Source: an uncultured candidatus Brocadiaceae bacterium
GTDB taxonomy: Bacteria > Planctomycetota > UBA11346
Reading direction: 5' to 3'
DNA: 64,000 nt
Assembly (NCBI GenBank): GCA_964612995.1
Contig: CAZTGE010000001.1
Coordinates: forward strand, 15,985 to 79,984
Below, one piece after another: positions 58,871-64,000 of the stretch. The first letter of the stretch is position 1. The number at the start of each line of letters is the position of its first letter. Position numbers and translations under genes: made by a program. A model generated the notes under the pieces. That model was not told the origin of the DNA. It did not search any database and worked only from the letters and a program-made list of their open reading frames with translations.

Positions 58871-59389
58871 GTGAACGTGCTGCTCGGCATCACCGGTTGC
58901 ATCGCTGCCTACAAGACGCCGGAGCTCGTCCGGCGCCTGCGCGAGCGCGGCCACAGCGTCCGCTGCATCCTCACCGCCAACGCCTCCCGGCTCGTGACCG
59001 AGCACGCGCTGGCCACGGTCAGTGGTCATCCGGTCGCCAGCGACATGTGGTCGGCCGACGCGCGCATTGCGCACATCGACCGGTCCCAGTGGTGCGACTG
59101 CCTGCTGGTGGCCCCGGCCACCGCCAACGCGCTGGCCAAGTTCGCCCTCGGCCTGGCCGACGATCTGTTGTCGACCACCTTCCTCGCGCTACCGCCGGAC
59201 AAGCGCGTGCACATCGCTCCGGCGATGAACACCGTCATGTGGCACAAACCGATCGTGCAACAGCATGTCGCCACGCTGGAAGCCGCGGGCTGCGAACGGC
59301 TCGGCCCGGTCGCTGGCGAGCTGGCCTGCGGCGACGCCGGCATCGGCGCGATGCTCGCGCCGGAGCAGATCGCCGCCGCCCTCGACTGA
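58871..59389 (+). CDS. coaC: phosphopantothenoylcysteine decarboxylase (stand-alone CoaC flavoprotein)
   Basis: GTG start. ITGCIAAYKTPELVRRL, LLVAPATANALAKFALGLADDLL, PAMNTVMW and LACGDAGIGAM match the CoaC half of Dfp. Confidence 0.8.
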   Translation: MNVLLGITGCIAAYKTPELVRRLRERGHSVRCILTANASRLVTEHALATVSGHPVASDMWSADARIAHIDRSQWCDCLLVAPATANALAKFALGLADDLLSTTFLALPPDKRVHIAPAMNTVMWHKPIVQQHVATLEAAGCERLGPVAGELACGDAGIGAMLAPEQIAAALD

Positions 59390-59395
59390 GACCGA

Positions 59396-60166
59396 TCAGC
59401 CCGGCGGCGTATCGCCCCCGGCCGCGACCCGCGCCGCGAGGCTGCGATGGCGGCCCGAAGCCGGCGCTTCGGAACGGACCTCGGCGTTGCGCCAGCGACA
59501 GGGCAGTCCGCGCGCGTCGAGCTCGCGCAGCAGACGCTCACGCTCTTCGGGGCTGTAGGGGCGGGCGCTGGCGGCGAAGACCGGATCCAAGGCAGCGTGG
59601 CTGCGAAAGTCCTGGAGCACCCATGGCAGGCGTCCGGCGACCAACTCGCCGATCGCCACCACCGCCTCGCCGGTAAGCAGCGGGTGGACCACCGTGGTCC
59701 GGCATTCGCCCGCCACGCCGGCCGCGACCACCAGTGCCAGACTGCGCCGCAGGGCCGCGGGGTCGCCGCCGCCGAGTCGCTCCGGGTAGACTTCCGGCGG
59801 GGCCTTGAGATCGAGCGCGATGTAGTCGGCCAGACCCTCGGCGAGCACCGCGGCGAGCACCGCCGGACGCAGGCCGTTGGTGTCGAGCTTGAGCGCGAAC
59901 CCCATGGCCTTGATCCGCCGGCAGACCGCGAGCAGGTCATCCTGCAACGTCGGCTCGCCCCCGCTGAGCACCACCCCGTCGAGACGGCCGCGGCGGCGCT
60001 CGAGGAAGGCCCACACAGTCTCCTCGTCCACCCGCGCGCCGCCGCGCACCAGCTCGGGATTATGGCAATAGGGACAGCGCAGGTTGCAGCCGGCGGTGAA
60101 GATCACCGCGGCGTCACGGCCGGGGAAGTCGGCCAGGGTGAAGCGCTGCAGGCCACCGATGCGCAT
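59396..60166 (-). CDS. nrdG: anaerobic ribonucleoside-triphosphate reductase activating protein (radical SAM)
   Basis: CNLRCPYCHN cluster near the N-terminus, followed by SGGEPTLQ. Immediately downstream of nrdD. Confidence 0.85.
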   Translation of the reverse strand: MRIGGLQRFTLADFPGRDAAVIFTAGCNLRCPYCHNPELVRGGARVDEETVWAFLERRRGRLDGVVLSGGEPTLQDDLLAVCRRIKAMGFALKLDTNGLRPAVLAAVLAEGLADYIALDLKAPPEVYPERLGGGDPAALRRSLALVVAAGVAGECRTTVVHPLLTGEAVVAIGELVAGRLPWVLQDFRSHAALDPVFAASARPYSPEERERLLRELDARGLPCRWRNAEVRSEAPASGRHRSLAARVAAGGDTPPG

Positions 60167-60169
60167 GGC

Positions 60170-62257
60170 TCAGCCTTCGATGCGCGCGGTGGACCGGAGG
60201 CGGAACTCCTCCTGCTTGCCCTCGTTCCATTGCTCGACCGGTCGCAGGTAGCCGACCACGCGGGCGTAGACCTCGCAGTCGCTGCCGCAGTCGGGGCAGG
60301 TCGGCTGCTGGCCGCTGCGGTAGCCGTGCTGCGGACAGATGCTGAAGGTCGGGCTGATGGTGAAATACGGCAGGCGGTAGTTGTAACACACCTTGCGCAC
60401 GAAATTCTTCACCGCCTCGCAGTCGTCGAGTTCCTCGCCGACGAAGACATGGACCACCGTCCCGCCGGTATAGCGCGTCTGGAGGTCATCCTGGTGGTCC
60501 AGCGTCTCCCACACATCGTCGGTGTGATCGACCGGCAGCTGCGAGGAATTGGTGTAGAACGGCCGCGCCTCGGGGCCGTCGCTGCCGGCGCAGAGGATGT
60601 CCGGATACCGTTCGCGGTCCTTGAGCGCGAGACGGTAACTGGTGCCCTCGGCCGGGGTCGCCTCGAGGTTGTAGAAATGCCCGGTGCGCTCCTGATACAC
60701 GCTCAGGCGCTCGCGCATGTGATCGAGCACCCGCTTGGCGAACGCGGCACCGCGCTCATCGGCGATGCCGCACCCGAGCAGATTGCGGCAGGCCTCGTTC
60801 ATGCCCACCAGCCCGATGGTCGAGAAGTGGTTGTGCCAGTAGCTGCCGTGGCGCGACTTGACCTGGCGCAGGTAGAACCGGGCATAGGGATAGAGACTGC
60901 CCTCGGTGGTGCGCTCGAGCACCTTGCGCTTGATCTCCAGGCTCTCGGCCGCGCGGTCCATCAACCGGTCGAGCCGGCGCATGAACTGCTCCTCGCTCTG
61001 GCTGGTATAGCCGAGCCGGGGCAGGTTCATCGTCACCACCCCGATCGATCCGGTGAGCGGGTTGGAACCGAACAGGCCGCCCCCGCGCGCCTCGAGCTTG
61101 CGCATGTCCAGGCGCAGCCGGCAGCACATGCTGCGGGCGTCCTCGGGCGACATGTCCGAATGGATGAAATTGGCGAAGTAGGGCACGCCGTAACGTGCGG
61201 TGACCTTCCACAGCCACTCCAACTTGGGATCGTCCCATTCGAAGTCGCGATCGATGTTGTAGGTCGGGATCGGGAAGGTGAACACGCGCCCCTTGGCATC
61301 GCCCTCGCACATGACTTCCAGGAAGGCCCGGTTGAGCATGTTCATCTCATCCTGGAAATCGGCGTAGCAGAAATCGGTGGTGGTGCCGCCGATGATCACC
61401 GGCTCTTCGGCCAGGGTCGAGGGGCAGACGAGGTCCATGGTGAGGTTGGTGAACGGCGTCTGGAACCCGACCCGGGTGGCGACGTTGAGGTTGAACACGA
61501 ACTCCTGCAACGCCTGCTTGACCGTGGTGTAGTCGAGGTTGTCGTAGCGGATGAACGGCGCGAGATAGGTGTCGAAACTGGCGAAGGCCTGCGCGCCCGA
61601 AGCCTCGCCCTGCAGGGTGTAGAAGAAGTTGACGATCTGACCGAGTACCGCACGGAAGTGCTTGGCCGGACGTGCCTCGGCCTTGCCCGGCGCGCCCTTG
61701 AAACCGGTGACCAGCAGGTCCTTGAGGTCCCAGCCGACGCAGTAGACCGAGAGCAGGCTCAGATCGTGGATGTGCATGTCCCCCGACTTGTGCGCCTCGC
61801 GCACAGCCTTGGGGTAGATCTCGTTGAGCCAGTAGGTCTTGGTGATCTCGCTGGAGATATAGTTGTTCAGGCCCTGCAACGAGAAGGCCATGTTCGAGTT
61901 CTCGTTGACCTGCCAGTCGAGCTTCTCGAGGTAGGTGTCGATCAGTTCGGTGCCGCCGCCGCCAGCCATCTCGCGCATGCGCTCGTGCTGCTCGCGGTAG
62001 AGCACGTAGGCCCGGGCAGTGCGCTTGTAGCTCGACGCCAGCAGCACGTCCTCGACCAGGTCCTGGATCCGTTCGACCGTCGGCACGCCCTGCTTGATCA
62101 CCGCCAGAGCGACCGAGAGCACCCGGGTGGTCAGGCGCTCGGCCCGCTCCCAGTCGAGTTCGCCGGTGGCAGCACCAGCCTTGGCGATGGCAGCGGTGAT
62201 CTTGTCGGCGTCGAAAGCGACGAAGCGACCGTCGCGTTTCTGGATCAGGTCGAACAT
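60170..62257 (-). CDS. nrdD: anaerobic ribonucleoside-triphosphate reductase (class III)
   Basis: N-terminal ATP-cone-like MFDLIQKRDGRFVAFDADKI, the class III pattern throughout, C-terminal CPQHG...CPDCG zinc site and the glycyl-radical region RVVGYLRPV. Confidence 0.95.
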   Translation of the reverse strand: MFDLIQKRDGRFVAFDADKITAAIAKAGAATGELDWERAERLTTRVLSVALAVIKQGVPTVERIQDLVEDVLLASSYKRTARAYVLYREQHERMREMAGGGGTELIDTYLEKLDWQVNENSNMAFSLQGLNNYISSEITKTYWLNEIYPKAVREAHKSGDMHIHDLSLLSVYCVGWDLKDLLVTGFKGAPGKAEARPAKHFRAVLGQIVNFFYTLQGEASGAQAFASFDTYLAPFIRYDNLDYTTVKQALQEFVFNLNVATRVGFQTPFTNLTMDLVCPSTLAEEPVIIGGTTTDFCYADFQDEMNMLNRAFLEVMCEGDAKGRVFTFPIPTYNIDRDFEWDDPKLEWLWKVTARYGVPYFANFIHSDMSPEDARSMCCRLRLDMRKLEARGGGLFGSNPLTGSIGVVTMNLPRLGYTSQSEEQFMRRLDRLMDRAAESLEIKRKVLERTTEGSLYPYARFYLRQVKSRHGSYWHNHFSTIGLVGMNEACRNLLGCGIADERGAAFAKRVLDHMRERLSVYQERTGHFYNLEATPAEGTSYRLALKDRERYPDILCAGSDGPEARPFYTNSSQLPVDHTDDVWETLDHQDDLQTRYTGGTVVHVFVGEELDDCEAVKNFVRKVCYNYRLPYFTISPTFSICPQHGYRSGQQPTCPDCGSDCEVYARVVGYLRPVEQWNEGKQEEFRLRSTARIEG

Positions 62258-62359
62258 GGGAGGTCCTCGGGGGGGCAGATGGGGGGTGCGGTGACCGGCC
62301 TGCGTCCCGGCAGGCGGCCGGATGGCAGAAGGGGGGCGACTGTGACGATTAATGACGGA

Positions 62360-62410
62360 CGACTATATCTGGTATTCGCCAATTCATACGCCCACCACAT
62401 CTTGTGTAAA
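62360..62410 (-). promoter_or_regulatory. predicted nrdDG promoter (-35 TTTACA 62405-62410, 16-nt spacer, -10 TATGAA 62383-62388 on the minus strand), overlapped by two NrdR-box-like 16-mers (62360-62375 and 62392-62407) whose centres are 32 bp apart
   Basis: An AT-rich island (about 45% GC) in a 70% GC background. Box 1 ATACCAGATATAGTCG and box 2 ACACAAGATGTGGTGG (minus-strand orientation) match the NrdR consensus acaCwAtATaTwGtgt at 11/16 and 12/16 positions. Confidence 0.4.
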
Positions 62411-62514
62411 GGTCTTTTCCCAACCCTCACCTAACTGCGGTCGTCAGCATGCTTTGTTTTGCCGCCAGGCAGAGACCCAGGGCTTCGCGCTTCTCCGTTG
62501 GCCGCTGGATCGGC

Positions 62515-63144
62515 TCAGAAGCGCCCGCCGAACCCGACCGCGAACACCGGGCCGTGCTGGATCACGTCGAGATCGTAGGAACCGACCACCCCCCGGGTCT
62601 CCCAGGAGCCGCGCCATCCGGCAAGCAGGTCGAGATGCAGTTCCCGATGCAAGCCCAGACGCAGGCGCACATCGCCGCCGACGGTCCACCGGGCATTGTA
62701 GACCGAGCGGTCGACATCGTCCGACTCGACCACCCCGTCGAGCTCGTCGGGCAGGTCGAGCCCGAACACCCCCATGCCCAGCCGCGCCGAGCCGATCAGC
62801 CCCACCCGACGATGCGGCCGCAGGCCGAGGTGCAGAGCACCCTGGGCATCGAGCGCGAAGTGAAGCAGATCGTCGTCGGGGGCATGGGCCCAGTCGAACC
62901 CGGCATCCAGGCCCATGCCCCAGGCCACGAGATCGTCTCCCGACCACACCACCGTCTCGATCAGCAGCCGCGCCTGCGTCGGCCAGGTCCCCGCCCAGTG
63001 GAAGCTGCGACCATCGTCGAGGGTGTAGTCGATGTCGTAGTCGCGCCGGCCACAATCGAACAGCACACTGAAGTCGACCGACTCGCTCGCAGTGCAGCAG
63101 GTGATCGTCAGCAACAACGGCCAGAGCGCACGCATCCGGTCCAT
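62515..63144 (-). CDS. small outer-membrane beta-barrel protein (OmpW/OmpA-like 8-strand type), hypothetical
   Basis: Signal peptide MDRMRALWPLLLTITCCTASES. Alternating hydrophobic and aromatic strands. C-terminal aromatic residue F after GFGGRF. Confidence 0.5.
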   Translation of the reverse strand: MDRMRALWPLLLTITCCTASESVDFSVLFDCGRRDYDIDYTLDDGRSFHWAGTWPTQARLLIETVVWSGDDLVAWGMGLDAGFDWAHAPDDDLLHFALDAQGALHLGLRPHRRVGLIGSARLGMGVFGLDLPDELDGVVESDDVDRSVYNARWTVGGDVRLRLGLHRELHLDLLAGWRGSWETRGVVGSYDLDVIQHGPVFAVGFGGRF

Positions 63145-63245
63145 CAAACCCGGTTCCGCACGCAGGACAATGCATTCCTCCACGGTCTGCAGGTCACGCC
63201 GGCGCAGCCGGTTGACTTGTTCTGCGCCGGCGGATTCTCGTAGTC

Positions 63246-64000
63246 ATGGATACCGTCCTGGCCTACGGATCGAACCTGATGCCGGCGATGTCGGTCGACG
63301 AGCTGGTCACACGTACCGTGCCGTTCTTCCACACCGTGCGCGAACGACTCGGCTGGTCGCGCCTGGGCCTCGACCTCCACCTCGACGCAGGTGTGATCAC
63401 CGCCTGCCAGGGCGATCCCGACCAGGTGGACACGATCCGCCACGCACTCGATGCAGCCGGCCTCGCCGTGGTCTCGATCAACGCCTTCCCGCTCCATGGC
63501 TTCCAGACCGGAGTGGTCAAGGACCGGGCCTACGAGCCCAGCTGGCTGCGCCGCGAACGCCTCGAGCTGACCTGCGCGGCGATGGATCTGGCCGCGGTGC
63601 TGTGCGAAGGCGCGACCATCAGCGTGAGCACCAGCCCTGGGAGCTATCGCCCCTGGGGCGAACAGGCCAACGACGTCAAGGCCATCGCCGCCGGCTTCGG
63701 CCGCGCCGCAGCCCACGCCCTCCGGCTCTCGCAGCGCTGCGGCAAGCATGTAGTCCTGTGTCCCGAACCCGAACCGCGATGCACCTTGAGCACGGTGTCC
63801 GAGACCGTCCGCTTCTGGGGCTATCCCATCCCCGCCTTCGCCCGGCCGGCGGCCAGCGAAGCGCTCGGCCACGACGAGACGGCCGCGCAGATGGCCATCG
63901 CCGACCACCTCGGGCTGTGCCTCGACACCTGCCATCTGGCGGTCGAGTTCGAGGATCCGACCACCGCCCACACCCGGCTCGCCGAAGCCGGCGCGACGCC
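63246..64000 (+). CDS. sugar phosphate isomerase/epimerase-like (xylose isomerase-like TIM barrel) protein, 3' end outside window
   Basis: ATG 63246 with an open frame to the window end. Absent from the track because there is no stop. The AP-endonuclease-2 / TIM-barrel assignment is tentative. Confidence 0.4.
   Translation, partial: MDTVLAYGSNLMPAMSVDELVTRTVPFFHTVRERLGWSRLGLDLHLDAGVITACQGDPDQVDTIRHALDAAGLAVVSINAFPLHGFQTGVVKDRAYEPSWLRRERLELTCAAMDLAAVLCEGATISVSTSPGSYRPWGEQANDVKAIAAGFGRAAAHALRLSQRCGKHVVLCPEPEPRCTLSTVSETVRFWGYPIPAFARPAASEALGHDETAAQMAIADHLGLCLDTCHLAVEFEDPTTAHTRLAEAGAT

Noticed and set aside
59447-62434. 995-aa plus-strand ORF spanning nrdG and nrdD
   Set aside because: It is antisense to two genes with unmistakable NrdD and NrdG signatures.

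Overview
This is a 64 kb window of high-GC (about 70%) bacterial chromosome, densely coded on both strands, and it looks Gram-negative (KdsA, KdsC, outer-membrane beta-barrel proteins, LptC-like lipoprotein). I could support the following, working only from motifs I recognise by eye and the ORF track. Housekeeping genes: acpP-fabF, nadE, ftsW/rodA, ybaB, ispE, kdsA, kdsC, coaC and nrdDG. Signalling genes: a hybrid histidine kinase with a PF04392-like periplasmic binding protein, and a transmembrane Ser/Thr kinase whose extracytoplasmic region ends in a CBM4_9-like domain. Transport genes: a CUT1 sugar ABC transporter and two ABC-2 exporters. Hypothetical secreted, lipoprotein and HEAT-repeat genes make up the rest. 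The most system-like locus is an eight-gene minus-strand operon (5606..17589) in which a MoxR AAA+ ATPase, a DUF58 protein and three VWA/BatA-type proteins are interleaved with an ABC ATPase, a 516-aa ABC-2 permease and a GldG-like membrane protein. Other notable items: an exact 29-nt Illumina P5 adapter preceded by T9 sits inside a MalF-like permease gene (34759..34796). A second ACP paralog after fabF has His where the phosphopantetheine-accepting Ser should be. Two interspersed repeat families (a REP-like element and a MITE-like element with terminal inverted repeats) recur in intergenic regions. A tandem pair of NrdR-box-like palindromes 32 bp apart overlaps the predicted nrdDG promoter. 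One lipoprotein gene is clearly GC-poor. I found no tRNA, rRNA or CRISPR array. High GC generates many long spurious ORFs on the antisense strand of real genes; these are listed under rejected. Caveat on starts: the ORF track shows GTG starts as M (e.g. 58871 is gtg), so several starts are GTG or otherwise uncertain.
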